From assembly GCA_002269645.1 (NCBI GenBank), contig NIVC01003286.1:1-64000 (forward strand): DNA of 64,000 nt, given 5' to 3'. This document shows positions 11,401-24,600 of the stretch, piece after piece. The notes under the pieces are model-generated. The model had not been told where the DNA came from. It ran no database searches and was given only the letters and a program-made list of their open reading frames with translations. Each line of letters begins with the position of its first letter. The stretch's first letter is position 1. Source of the DNA: Macrostomum lignano. Lineage: Eukaryota. A program made the position numbers and the translations under genes.

Positions 11401-13116
11401 GCCGCTTCGTAGGCTGCAATAATGCAACCTGTCAGCGTCTCAGCCATATGATCCACATCCTCGCAGGTCTCAATCGGACGTAAGTCCGTGAGTTCCTGCA
11501 GGTGCAGATCAAGGGCAGCCTTGTAGGCCGCCCAATCAGTGTTGCGGATATTGCGCCTCCAAGTGATCAGAGACTGGGTTTTAGTGTCCGCGATATTAAA
11601 GGCGATAAAGCAGTGGTCAGACAGGGAGGGCTCGTCAGACCAGACTCTCCACTCCTTAACTCTGTCAAAGAGTCTTGGGGTAACAAGTGTGGCGTCAAGG
11701 ACCTCAGTCCATCTGCCATTGTTAAAGGTAGGAGTGCTACCGCGGTTGCAGAGCATGAGGTTTGTGTTAAAGATAAGGGCCAGAAGCTCCTCCCCTCTAG
11801 TATTGGTGTCTTTGCTGCCCCAGTGCTTGTGGTGCGCGTTGAGGTCGCCCCCTAAGCACAGCTCAGCGTTCTGGGACTCGCAGTACTGCGCAAGGCGCAG
11901 TAGACTCTGGGGAGCAGGGTCTCTGTCGCCAGGGATGTAAATCGAGGCAACAAGACACGTACGCGGAGTGAGATGATTAGATTGGATGACACAGAGGTCT
12001 CAATCAGAGAGATCAGTCCTCAGCCAAGCCTGGAGATGGCTGGCAGCGAGGATAGCCGCTCTAGGGCGGCTGTTCCCCGGGCAACACACATAAAAGTCAG
12101 AGTAGCCAGAGGGAATGTTGAGCAACTTACCGTTGCGCATCCAGGGTTCTTGGATCAGGATGAGGCCTGGCCTGTACAGCTCAGCAATCTTCATCAGATT
12201 TACTGACGCAGATACGTAATGCTGTAGATTTATTTGCAGACAGAATGTCGCTCCTTTGGCAGCGTGGAGCTTAGTCATACTGTATTAAATGCAATTGTCT
12301 GGCTAGAACCCCGGGCCATCAAGGAGACTTGGACAGCAAATCGTCCTCGTCCCAGGCCGTTGGGGCTTAACTGGGAGATGGGATGTGGTCGACGTCCATG
12401 GCCTCCTCACCCCTACCACCCCCCAGCAGAGTCCTCGGGCTCCGATGACAGGATGGAGGGAGCTTCCTCATCTGCATCTTTGCCTTCAGACCCCACCAGG
12501 ATGGCCGAGGAGAGCTCGGATTCCGAAGACCCGGCCTCGTCCTCAACTCCTTCTCCGGCTGGCAGGTTCGGTTCTTGGGGCTTGGCCGGAGCCGTTACCG
12601 CGGTGGCCGAACTGCTGCTAGCAGAGGGGCGAGATGCAGCTTTGGCTTTGGGATCGGCTTGCGCCTTTCCTTGGGCCTTAGACTGCGCCCCGCTCTTGCC
12701 GGAGATGCCGGGGTTGGCAGAAGCCTTCCCTTTGGCAGACTTTCCTCGGCGCATCTTGAGCTTGAGAGCACCCAGCTGGAAAGAGGATCCATTAGGGTAC
12801 CGACTCGCCCAAGCGTTGGAAAGGCCGAGGACAATTAAGTTGCCCGTCTCCCCCCTGCGGACTTTGCGGTGATACACCGGTCCACTAGCAGGGAGGTCGG
12901 GGTTCAGACGCAGTAGGACCCGGCGGATAACGTCAGATCCAGCTGCGGTGCTTTTAGCAGGGACAAACACCACATAGGGTATTGTCTTTGGACGCTGGCC
13001 CTCGCGAAGAAAAAGAGCTCCGCCGAGGTCAGCATCCAAGGAGACCGTCGGCAGCAGCTGGAGCAGCTGCTGAGCGTCCTCCTCACTGCTGGGAGCAATA
13101 AGAACGAATGTGCTAC
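8445..13116 (-). mobile_element. R1/LOA-like non-LTR retrotransposon with RNase H; 5'-truncated within ORF1, frameshifted ORF2
   Basis: ORF1 remnant 12413..13138; ORF2 pieces: APE (12278 down: CLQINLQH, LIQEPW; SDH at the end of the domain in ORF 10473..11756), RT (KSPGPDG, FRPISLTS, QHAFR, FLDIVGAFD; YADD in ORF 8545..10305), RNase H (YTDGSK, HSDSQAAL, WVPGHVGIRGNELAD), CCHC-like CSFC...EHFVSIC. Clade assignment is from motif style, not a phylogeny. Confidence 0.88.
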
Positions 13117-13411
13117 GAACGAAAAAATTTTCCGGCAAGGAACAAATCCCACATTAGAAGTTCCACATCTAAAGCAAACTGGCTATCGCAATAAACCGGC
13201 ATCGTATAGAATTACCTAAAAGTCGATGCACAAGAAAACACTGCGTGTAGTGCAGATTGAACCAATCTGAAAACACAAACTTAGACACAGTTCGCATTGC
13301 AGACTGCAACAACAAAGCCCCAGAACTTTCGAAAGGTCATCCAGCACAAACAGAAACTCCCGCAGCAAGGCAGGTAAAATTGATGCGCTGCATGGCGTAA
13401 ATGTTGCGAAT
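13117..13411 (+). other. Remnant fourth copy of the FReD gene upstream region (continues at 17800-17838 after the LTR element)
   Basis: Aligns by eye with ~300-595 (TTTTCCGGCAAGG...CACAGTTCGCA...GCAAGGCAGGTAAAA...CATGGCG); sequence after the Gypsy element (GACGCATGTAGTGCCTCGGGAT) continues the match to 597-625. Confidence 0.8.
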
Positions 13412-16400
13412 TGTGGTGTTCGTGTGGCCAAGCAATCTGAAGTTTCTTTTGGCGGTCGCGTGTATTTTAAAGAATAAAATACTCTATGGTACAAGCATAG
13501 ATAAATGAAATGAATAGTCAGTCTGGGGATACCACATCCCTCCACCTTTAGTAAAATCAGTTTATTGTAGGGAAACGAATTGGCCTCCTCAGTACAGTCT
13601 GTGGTCGGAGTCCACTTCTGCGCATTGTTCTTGGATCACACTGTGGTATTTCGGATGCGTCCCTCTGTTCTCGCTGACTGTCGCTCATTCCTCCTCCACC
13701 AGAAAACGTTACCAGAGCCTCGTCAGATTCTGAGTCTGGGAATATCTTTCTGGCCTTGTTAACGTGGCGCTTCTTGATTGTGCCACTTTTGTTCTCCAGG
13801 ATCAGCAGTCCTCCGACTCGCTTCCTTACGTAGTATTGCTCTGTACCAAAAAAACTATCGTACTTGTTCCTTGCTTCCCTTTCAATCACTACTGTGTCAC
13901 CTGTTTTGATGTCGCAGTCACGAGCGTTCCGATTAGCGTAGTTGGACATTTTTCTTTTGTAGTCGGTGTCTTTATCTTTCTGCTTAATCAAAGGTTCTAT
14001 TGTCTCGTTCATCTGTGGAAGTTTTGTCCACGCGCTTCACCGAAAGAATAGGCTTGCTGGCGCTACGCCTGTTGCTCTCATCGGTGTTGTTCTGTAGGCG
14101 TGCAAGAAGATTTGCAACTCCTCTTCAAAACTTGATCCATTCAAAATTCTGGATCTTCTGATGACTTTGTTCAATGTTTCATTGAATCTTTCCACCTCCC
14201 CATTTGCTGCTGGGTGACGCGGAATTATCCGTGAGTGAATGACGCCTTGACTGTTAAGGTATTCGTCAACGACTTTCGAACAGAAATTTGTTCCGTTGTC
14301 TGAGACGAGTTCTTTCATTGGTCCAAATAGTGAAGTCACTTTCTTTAGAATTCGCACTACGTCGCTCGCTTTTGTGCGCTTCATGATGAACACTAGAGGA
14401 AATCTCGAGTGGTAGTCGATGAAAACTAGCAGTTTGCTACCATTCGGAAGTGGTCCTTTGAAGTCCATTGCCACATTGTCCCACGGCTTATCCGGAATTT
14501 GCGTTGGCACAGTTGGGATCCGACTTCCTTTTTTCGTTGTGTGGATGCACAAATTGCATTTCTTGCAAAAGATCTTCACGTCTTTGCTTATACCGGGCCA
14601 AAATACGGTACTTCGCAGTCGTTCTTTGGCTTTGGAAATGCCTTGATGTCTTTCATGGGCAATTAACAGAGCTTTTTGTCGCAGACTCTTCGGCAGGACA
14701 ATGCGGTCTTCGTACAGGAGAATTCAATTCTGCTCCGACAGTTTATTTCTTTCTGCAAATAGTTTGTTGTGCTTTTTCCATGTTCCTCCTGATACTATTG
14801 ATTCCAGTGCCTCGACAATTTCATCATCAATCGCAGAATCTTTTCGGATCTGCTCTAAGCTCAGGGCTGTGCTTACTGCGCTTTCAAGTTTGCTGTTAAT
14901 GAATGCGATGTCGTGTCGATTGCAGAGTGTGTCGTTTGGTGTTTTCACCGGTTGTCTCGACAAAATATCTGCCTCGTTGGTGTCGCCTGGTTCATATTTT
15001 ATCTTAAAGTTGAATGGTTGCAATCTCATTTCCCAACGCTCAATTCTTGGTGGTGGTTTTGAGTTCGATGCAAAACATCCGACTAGAGGTTTATGATCCG
15101 TTATTACCGTAAATTCGGCTGCTCCTTTGAGAAAGTGAGAAAATTTCTCGCATCCCCATTTAATTGCCAATGCTTCTCGCTCGATTTGACTGTATCGAGT
15201 CTCCACGTCTGTGAGAATTCTACTGGCATAGCAAACTGGCTGTAGATTTCCATCTTTCTGCCGCTGAACCAAGATCGCACCAAGACCGACAGGACTAGCG
15301 TCTACTCGCAGCTGTGTTTCTCGCCCATTGCCAAAGTACGCGAGCGTTTCCGTTGAGCTAATCGCTGCTTTGATGCTGTTGAAAGAAGTTTCTTGTTCTG
15401 GACCCCATTCCCAGGTCTTTCCTTTCTTTGTGAGGTCATTCAGAGGCTTCGACAAGGTTGCTAGGTTTGGTACGAATCGAGCAACAAATTGTGCTAGACC
15501 AAGAAACGATTTAACTTCACTTGGACTGCACGGTGGTTTGAACATTTGAATAGCCTCCGTTTTCTTCTCGTTGATGGTTATTACCTTTCTCGGTTAGAAT
15601 AAATCCCATAAAAGTAGCTCTACTCATTCCAAATTTGCATTTTTCCTTTCCAACGGTCGTGCCGTTCTCCACGAGCCTTGCTAAGACCTGCTTTAGCCTG
15701 TTGTTGTGTTCCTTGACGTCCTTTCCATACACAATTATATCATCCTAGATATTTAGTAGCCTATGTAAACCAGCCAAAACTTTTTTCATGTAGGCTTGAA
15801 GATAGAATGACGAGTTGACCTAACCCATCGGCAATCGTTTGTACCTGTATAGCGGTTGTCCAGGGATTCCTGTTGAGAACGTTGTCAGATGTCTTGATTC
15901 ACTGTCCAGTTCAATTTGATGGAACATTTTCTTGCCATCAATGTAGCTGAAGCAGCTTGCTTCTCCCATATTGGTGAGCTGATCATCCAGAGATGGATAG
16001 GAAATTGTAGCTTTTCCGTTGCCTCGTTCAAATTTCGTAAGTCAACGGTCAGTCGTACCTTACCAGTCTTTCCTTTGGGACGACAACTAGCCGCGAAAGC
16101 CATGCACTGGGACCATCAACTTTCTCTATGATTCCTGAGTTTTCCTGCTCTTCCAGTTCTTGTAGGAGTGCTTCTCTGAGATGGGCAGCTACTCTTGTTA
16201 TCGATTGTGATATCGGCGTGCTTCCTTCCTTCAGAGCAATGGTCACTGCTGGCTGCGTGGTCAATCTACCAACTCCCTGAAATACCTCCTGATGATCTTT
16301 CAGAATTCGTTCGATTTCTTCGTTCTTCTTCTCAATCTGATTGATCATTATCTGCAGCAAATTCAAATCGATGCTGTCTTGACATCAGAGTATTGTCTCA

Positions 16401-17799
16401 GCGTTGATACTGCACTTCACGATAAATTTGATTCGCTTCACTGAGTCTCCAGCCACCACAACCAGTGTTGTCGTTCCCAAGACTTCCAGCGCCTTTTTCG
16501 ACATGTAGGCATATAGTCTTGGCTTTTCTGATCTGTTTAGGACAGTATCCTTTGACTTCACTGACTCCCACGATTTCATACTTATCAAACTTGCTGAAGA
16601 TCCGGAGTCAATGAGCACTGTACTCTCAATACCATTGATCTTCACTTTGGCTCTTGCGCCTGCTGAGTCCTTCGATTCAGTCATAGAGACAGTGTTGATT
16701 TCTTCGCCATTCGATTCGTCGTTGCCATTTTGCTCTTCCGGTTGCTCAGACATCTGAATATTTCTGGTTTTTATTCTGCTCTCTGTCTTTAGACATAGTC
16801 TACATGCTTGCTTAATTTGCCCTTTCTTATGGCAAAATTTGCATTCCATGTTACGAGCGAAGCAGTCCCAGGGACGGTGACCTGTTCTGTTACATCTGTA
16901 GCAGACTCGATCGCACTTGTTGGTGTTTAGAGTTGATGTCCGCTTGTCAGTCTGTTTGAACTGTAGCTTGTTAGTTGGTCTGTTGTCGATTTTGCTGACT
17001 GTGTTGCGCGCCTCATTGGTTGGTTTTTCAACGTCTTTAGCCTGCGTTTTTGTTGCTTCGAAATTCTTGCTAATTTTTTTACTGCTTTCTTTAAGGTGAG
17101 GTCAGAGCCTTCTTTTAGCAGCAGAGTCCTTAGCGGCTTTGACGTGCTCTTTAGGACTATCAGATCGCGTAGCAAACGATCCTCGAAGCTGAGTTTCACT
17201 GTGCTCTCATTTCCTTCAGGCTTGTACTCGACGTGCAAGTTGCAGTACTTTGCTGCACTTTTTAGACGACTGCAGAAGGAATCAAACGGTTCTCCCTCTA
17301 TCTGGCTGACTGACAGCAGCTTTTAAGTCTCATGGACGCTGTTGGTTGCGCCTTGGAATAGAGAGCTGAGCGCTTCCTTCGTTGCTTCGTTGCCTTGTTC
17401 ATAGCTTACGGTTTGCAACAGCTTTCGGATTTTCGGCCCTGCTAGAAGAAATAATGTACGAGTAGCTTGCTTATTTTCGTCAGCTATTCCTTGCACTTCC
17501 ATGAACAGCTCGACTTCCTGCACATACTCGTTCCACTTATCTGCATTGTTGAGCGGATCTTCGTCTGGATCGAAATGCCCAATGCTGTAGAACTGTGCTG
17601 AGGCCATCCTGCGAGGTATTTTCTTAATAGTACATCCGTAGCTTTTCTTTTTTCACCGCTGCCACCAATGTGGTGTTCGTGTGGCCAAGCAATCTGAAGT
17701 TTCTCTTGGCGGTCGCGTGTATTTTAAAGAATAAAATACTCTATGGTACAAACATACGAGTAGATAAATGAAATGAACAGTCAGTCTGGGGATACCATA
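13412..17799 (-). mobile_element. Full-length but degenerate Ty3/Gypsy LTR retrotransposon
   Basis: LTRs 13412-13536 and 17669-17799 (4 substitutions and a 6-bp indel); PBS TGGTGGCAGCGG next to the 5' LTR; PPT AAGGTGGAGGGA at 13537-13548; gag from 17607 with CYRCNRTGHRPWDC knuckle; protease LIDSGSS; RT with a stop (NI*DD); RNase H VDAS...YSQIEREAL; integrase VAMDFKGP, SDNG, ANGEVERFN; degenerate 5-bp TSD CGAAT/CGAGA. Confidence 0.93.
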
Positions 17800-17839
17800 C
17801 GAGAGACGCATGTAGTGCCTCGGGATACCATGCAGACAC

Positions 17840-18141
17840 GGAACGGCCAAACGGAGAGGTTCATTCAAGTGCTCAAGCAACATCTGCTCAAGAGAGGGCA
17901 CTCAACGGTGGCACTGCAGCGGATGTTGCTGTCCTACCGCAACACGCCGCACTCGATAACAGGCGAAGCTCCCAGCCAACTGCTCATCAGCCGCAGACTG
18001 CGCAGTCGGCTGGACCTGCTGATGCCATCGCTGACTGACAGCATGCAGCGGCGCCAAGAGCGGCAGGTCGAGCAGCAACCACGGGTGCGCGAGTTCCAAG
18101 CTGGTGACCAAGTTCTGCTGCGCGACGTTCTGAAGTTTTGA
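17840..18141 (+). mobile_element. Ty3/Gypsy integrase C-terminal fragment
   Basis: NGQTERFIQVLKQ...LLSYRNTPHSITGEAPSQLLISRRLRSRLDLL, typical of the end of a Gypsy integrase. Confidence 0.8.
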
Positions 18142-18362
18142 AGCGAGAAAAGTGAAGCCCTTTGGCTTGCGACAGCGTCCATATATTTATATTGTTTAGT
18201 GCAGTACATTTATTGAGTCGCACGCAGGAGTGAGATGGGGTGGTGGGTACTAGAATAAATATGATTGGCTAGGCACGCAAAAGAGAGGGGGCGGGGTCAC
18301 AGGGCTAGCACAATGCACGTTGACTGAGAAAGTGAATAAATAGTTAACAGTAACAATCCGAC

Positions 18363-18871
18363 ACTCATGTCCTGTCTACTGCATCTGGTCTCATCTGTGC
18401 TCTGCTACTCATGTCCTGTCTACTGCATCTGGTCTCATCTGTGCTCTGCTACTCATGTCCTGTCTACTGCATCTGGTCTCATCTGTGCTCTGCTACTCAT
18501 GTCCTGTCTACTGCATCTGGTCTCATCTGTGCTCTGCTACTCATGTCCTGTCTACTGCATCTGGTCTCATCTGTGCTCTGCTACTCATGTCCTGTCTACT
18601 GCATCTGGTCTCATCTGTGCTCTGCTACTCATGTCCTGTCTACTGCATCTGGTCTCATCTGTGCTCTGCTACTCATGTCCTGTCTACTGCATCTGGTCTC
18701 ATCTGTGCTCTGCTACTCATGTCCTGTCTACTGCATCTGGTCTCATCTGTGCTCTGCTACTCATGTCCTGTCTACTGCATCTGGTCTCATCTGTGCTCTG
18801 CTACTCATCTCCTGTCTACTGCATCTGGTCTCATCTGTGCTCTGCCACTCATGTCCTGTCTGCTGCATCTG
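18363..18871. repeat. 44-bp minisatellite (ATGTCCTGTCTACTGCATCTGGTCTCATCTGTGCTCTGCTACTC)n, ~11.5 units
   Basis: Direct reading; units nearly identical. Confidence 0.95.
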
Positions 18872-18911
18872 AAGAGCTCGCCTTAGCACACTAGTGAGAC
18901 GGAAAGAGAGA

Positions 18912-18959
<48 letters not shown>

Positions 18960-19160
18960 GAGAGAGAGGGAGAGAGATAGAGAGAGAGGAGGGCGCCTCC
19001 AATCTCGGGCACTGACACGGTAGAGAGTCAGAAAGGACTGAAAAAAGTCAATTTAAATTGAGTAGCCGATATTTCGAAATTAAATTTCTTCGTCAGGGCT
19101 GTAAGGCTGTAAGGCATCTGAAGAGCTCGCCTTAGCACACTAGTGAGACGGAAAGAGAGA

Positions 19161-19238
<78 letters not shown>
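18866..19238. repeat. Local direct duplication with (GA)n microsatellites
   Basis: CATCTGAAGAGCTCGCCTTAGCACACTAGTGAGACGGAAAGAG followed by (GA)n occurs at ~18866 and ~19115. Confidence 0.85.
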
Positions 19239-19239
<1 letters not shown>

Positions 19240-19920
19240 AAGTCCAGTGTCTAAACGCACGAACTCCCACTTCCTGACCGCAAGCCTGGGAAAGAAATTT
19301 ATTGATCAATTACTATTGCTGGCTCCTCTGTTTTGTTTGCCAGGTTGGTAGAGCTTGTCTACTCATCGTATTACTCCTCCGCAGTTGTCTTCCTGAATTT
19401 TGAAGTCGACCGAGTATGAGAGAACTTTAGTGAACGTATACAAGTCAATCCATCGACGTCAATGTATTCCTCACGATCAAAATTAGAATTAGAAGACGCG
19501 CCCTAAAAACAAATTCAACTCTGTAACAATAACGAGGTCCTCCAGGAAGGGCGTCTTCTTCTAGAAATAACAAAATCGGAGTCATGTGCTCCTGTCTCGT
19601 CATCTAGGTACCAAAATCAGTCAATCAATAGTCGCTTAAGAGTATCGGAATCGGTCCGCAGATCCTATCCAATCCCTTAGGAATAGGGAGGCCTCAAATT
19701 CAGTAGCTCAATATAAATCAACTGATCAGTAACGGCTGGCAATAGCACAGCTCTCAATCAGAGATGTGGCCTTGATTGGCTGCTCTAGCAAAGTCCAAGA
19801 CCAAGACTGGATGGATTTTTCGTTTGTAATTGATACAAAATTTGAGGTCAACTTTGAACTCAAACCAGTGTTTTGATAAGGTCAAGAAATGAGAATGAGA
19901 AATGAGAAATTATTGGACCG
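19240..19920 (+). repeat. Interspersed repeat (unclassified, possibly LTR-like); related copy inverted at ~40705-41460
   Basis: Blocks such as GTATCGGAATCGGTCCGCAGATCCTAT and AACTCCCACTTCC match the reverse complement of 40705-41460. Confidence 0.6.
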
Positions 19921-21681
19921 TGAAACTTGGAGGTGAAACTTGGGTTGCAATTGGGTTAAAATTCACCATACTTGTAAATTCTAAAAATACACTTGTAGAT
20001 GATGCAAACCTGTTTTTTGAAGTATAGAATGATCATTAGCTGTTTTCGTGATATTACTGGTATCAAGAAAGGTAGCGAATGACGCATGCTATTTTGAAAT
20101 TTATATTCGTATTTTTATCTTACTACTCTTAGTAGTCTGCTAGGTTTGGACATATCTACACATCTGGCCTAAGCTGTTCTGTCTCATGTCCTGTCTACAA
20201 GAATTTAGTCGTCAGTTCTCTGGAACCTCAAAAATATTGAGCGATTCTGCCAGAAGGTCGGAATTGATCCATCAGCACCAGTGAATTGAATAATCCACTT
20301 TGCGTCAATCAGCACTGCGTCTCGGTGTGTCGTTGCCAAGCCTCCCTATTTTATCACAACGCCAACCGCATGTGTCTGCAACAGCTCTGGCTTTGTTGAT
20401 AACTGGAATTTACACTGGCGGAGCTTCTGGATCTTCAACAGTGCCACAAACAGACTATGGATGCCGTCGTCTGTGACGTCTCAGATCAAGAGTCAACGGA
20501 GGGCAAACCCGAACTGCTTGGTGTCCTTACCTACTTGTAGTATCTCAAGCATTCGGACATCATCCAGAAACCGTTGGTACCTTCAGCCGACTGCACCAGT
20601 AGACTATGTACGTTTTGCTTGAAGTTGCACAGCGAAATAAATGCATTTTGTGCATTGTTTCGAACGCGAGATCCTCTCTGCGTAAGAATTCAGTTTACAC
20701 TTGATGAAACTGAAAAACTTGCCAATTAATTATTTGCTAGATGGATAACAATGCATTCAAAATTACTTATAAGAATATAATTCAATAATATGACACGTGC
20801 TTAGTTTTACTCCTCATGAATTAAATAGTTTTAATAGCTTCAGAAATGAAAAAGATATGATGAAAAATCTCAATTAGGTGTAGCTGCTGGTTGCAACCCG
20901 TCGAAGAAGCCGAAGGCATCAGCGTGAAGGCTACATGCAATTACCTGGGAGTCTGGCTAAGGTTGTCCAGCAGTTGAGATTTGCCCGTTATTGAAGCTTG
21001 ATAATAAAAATGCTGACATGGCGCAGTGCAGATTGGCGCACGAAGGTGAATGAATACAACAACGCTAATGGTAGGAATCAGACAAAAACTATGAAAAAAA
21101 GGGAAAAAACTCAGAGGGCGAATTCTACTCTTGGTAATTTTACGGGTAAACTCGGGTGTCTCCAGAAATCTGTATTACATAAAATTATCAAGAACATCTT
21201 AGCACTTCAAGATAGCACTTCATGAGCTGCAGATGAAAGAACGACCCAAGCTAAAAAACACCGTATTGAAGCTTAGACGAAGTTCGCATTGAAGACTGCA
21301 ACAACAAAGCACCAGAACTTCCGAAAGGTCATCCAGCACAAACAGAATGTCCTGCAGCAAGGCAGGTAAAATTGATGCGCTGCATGGCGCAAAGGTTGCG
21401 AGTGACGCATGCAGTACCTCGGGATTCCAGACACTGTCTGGCAGAGATAAAAGTGCATTTAGTCACGAGATTCTGGCCAACCGAATCCCCAGCTGAGGCA
21501 AACAGTCTGATGCAAATGGCAAACCGCGTGACGCGTCTGGAATGCCAAGTGCAGCCTGCAGTCACGTTAAATTTATCCCATGGGCAGGGAATGCTTCTTC
21601 TCTATATAAATGCAGCCATTTTACAGGATGCAGCTGCAATCCCAGATTACCGATACAACAACGAAAGGTGAACTTGACTCG

Positions 21682-24600
21682 ATGCAGCTCTTTCAGTTGC
21701 GAGTTTCTGCAGCGTTGGCTCTGCTGCTCTGCTCGCTGGCAGCCGGCCAGGTCTCCCAGTGCGCTCCCGCTGACTCTCCGCGGCTCCGCTTCGTGGCGCA
21801 GCTCAGCGTGAACGGCTGCGCGCTGTTCGTGCACGACACGGGAGCGAGCGACGGTCCGCACTTGGAAGTCGAGCCGCTCATGTGCGTGACGGACAGCCTG
21901 AGAGGCATTGTTCCCCGATTCGACTTCATCACACAGCAGCTGTACTTCAGCGTTCCTGTATTGATGAAGGATGCTGGGATGCTCGCAGAGGCTCAGCGTC
22001 AACTGCAGCATCTGTCACCGAGGTCTGTGAGCTTCGCCACGGTGACCAACATCAGCGTCTCAGCCGACACCCGCTCATCGGTTCGGGCTTTGGGCTTCCT
22101 GTGGACTCCGGATGAGTCAGTAGCCACTCTGAGACTCGGATTGGCAGAGAAGAACACATATGAAACTCTACATCCCGAAAACATAGTTCTAAGACTTCTG
22201 AATATCGACTCAATGAGAACCTTACTAATTCAAAGTACCCAGACGCGGATCGTCGAGAAAAAAAATGAAAGTTCAATAATCGAGACTCTAAACAATGTAA
22301 AACTCTCAGCTACTCTTCTGTCGAATGGTTGTTTCCATGACATTCAGAGCCGCATCATGCTGCAAAACGACAGCTTCATCGAAGTCGGCTTGTACAGGAA
22401 AAAATTCTTACCCGTGTGCCGACAGCTGCGGTTCAGTCGGTACGTCAAACTCGAGAACTGCTCTGCCCGAGTGCACCAGAGACTCGACATCAAGGGCCAC
22501 TTCCTCATCGAGCCTTTGCTGTGCCACAACATCTCCAGCTTGAGAAGCGAGTCAGTCAGGTATGACTACAGCCGAGACATGCACTACCTGAAGCTGGATC
22601 TGGTGCTGCAAGATGAGGCCACACGCGATGCTGTGAGGACTCAGTTGGCCGACTTGTCGCCTCGCTCGGTCGATTTCATGCGGCTGTGGACTGCTGAGAG
22701 ATCGGTGAGCTCTTCGTTGAGTGCTCGGTTCGAGGTCGGTCCGCTGATGGCGTCGGCAGACTGGAGGTCCACTCAGCTGCGGCTGCTCTGCGGAAACTGG
22801 ACGGAGTGCCGCGATCTCAGGTTGGCTGACATTTTTTTAGCAAGGTTTGAGGTTTCATACACGTAAAGTCTAAATTAGTTTTTATCCTTTTTTTTGCTTT
22901 AGACTCAACAGATTTTGATGTTAGCGCGAATACGAGCTAAAACTAAGGTAGCAGTTGGGTGCAGAGTAGGTTTGAATGGATACGTTTCTGATGGCCCGAA
23001 TTCCTGACCTTATAAATGCGGTAGCACGCATGGCAAAAGTGCTAAAATTTACATGATAATTATATGCTGGCGGCATCGTTACTCTACTACTTTATACCAA
23101 GACAGTGAAAAGACGTGAATGAAGTAAATGTAGTCTTCAAGGGTGGGAAGATTCGATATTTGCTTTTTACTTTGCTGTTTGGTAGGGGCTTTGATCTAAT
23201 GCATTTTCAAACAGTATTGACAAACAAGCTGTTGAAACCCGCGGATTTTGAACCGGGGAATTCCAATCCCCGAAACTCTTTTTGCATGCATTCTAAAATC
23301 TGAGGTCATACTCAAACAAAAACTTGTTAATAGTTGGGATAGAGGTGAACATAAAATAAAGTACATTCTTGTGGTTTTAAAATTATATAGGATTTGAGGC
23401 AAACATTGATACTGCGCAGAATGTCAGGCAATGTCTATCTGACTCTAAACTCTGACCTCTTGCCTCTGCCTCTCCCTACGTGCCTTGGATCCTTTGAAAC
23501 TTCCATCTTCTTTTCTGTTTTCTTTTATTCTCTCTCCTCTCTCCTCTCTCCCCTCTTCTCTCGTCTCTTCCCTCTCCTCTCTATTCTTTTCTCTCTCCTC
23601 TCATCTCTTTTTCTCGTGTTTCTGTTCTCTTATCTCTCCTTTCCCTCTTTTATCTCTTCTGATTTCTCTCTGCTCTATCTCTCTCTTATCTCTCCTTTCA
23701 TATCTCTGCTCTCTGCTCTCCCATCTCTTCTCCTTTCGACTATTTCCTCTCTTCATTCTCCCTTTTCTCTCATCTCTCTCCCTTCCCCTCTTTCCCCTGG
23801 TTCTTGATTCTCTACCCTCCTCTCTCCTCACTCACTTCTATCTCACTTTGTCTCACCTCTCCTGTCTCATCTCTTCTCTCTTCTCTCCTATCTCTCCTCC
23901 TTTCTCTCTATTTTTCCATCTCTAATCTGTTCACTCTCGTCTCTGCTCTGCACTCTTCTTTCCCCACTTTTGACTGCTATTTTTCCTTTCTTCTCTTTTA
24001 TTCTCTTCCCTCTTCTATACTCTCTCTCTAAAAAGCAGCCTAACTTTAAAAGCGCACATCGCTATTCAGGATTAACCTTTAAACTTGAAATTTCACACGA
24101 TTGTGTCAAAAGTTCAAGATTATTGTCTGTGTCAAATTTAAAGAGGATTAATAAAAGTAGAGCGGCGCTAAGGAGGATTTAGTGAAAAATCCTGCTTTTC
24201 TAGCAGTTTTTTGGTTTTTTAAGTAGAAAGACTTAGACTTAGGAAATTTTAAGGTAAGCCTAAGACATTTTCCGTAGTGAGTTCAGGATGGGTGCAAAAG
24301 TTGGTTTGATTTGCTTGAGCGGTTTGGGCGTCCATAGCGATCAAAATTGTACACAGACAGCCACACAGACACACAGACAGACACACAGAGAGACACACAG
24401 ACAGACACAGACAGAGTTTTGATTTTTATAGTGATGTAACCGCCCTTGTCGCCGGTCCGCTCCGATTGAGAGACGAACGCTTGGCTAGAGGGGGCAATGA
24501 CCGTAGGCTGCCTATGACCGGGCAATGACCTGACGGACCTCCAGCACCAGACTGTCCCGCCCACATGATTGATAGCTTTGGTAGCGCTTTGTGACAAGAG

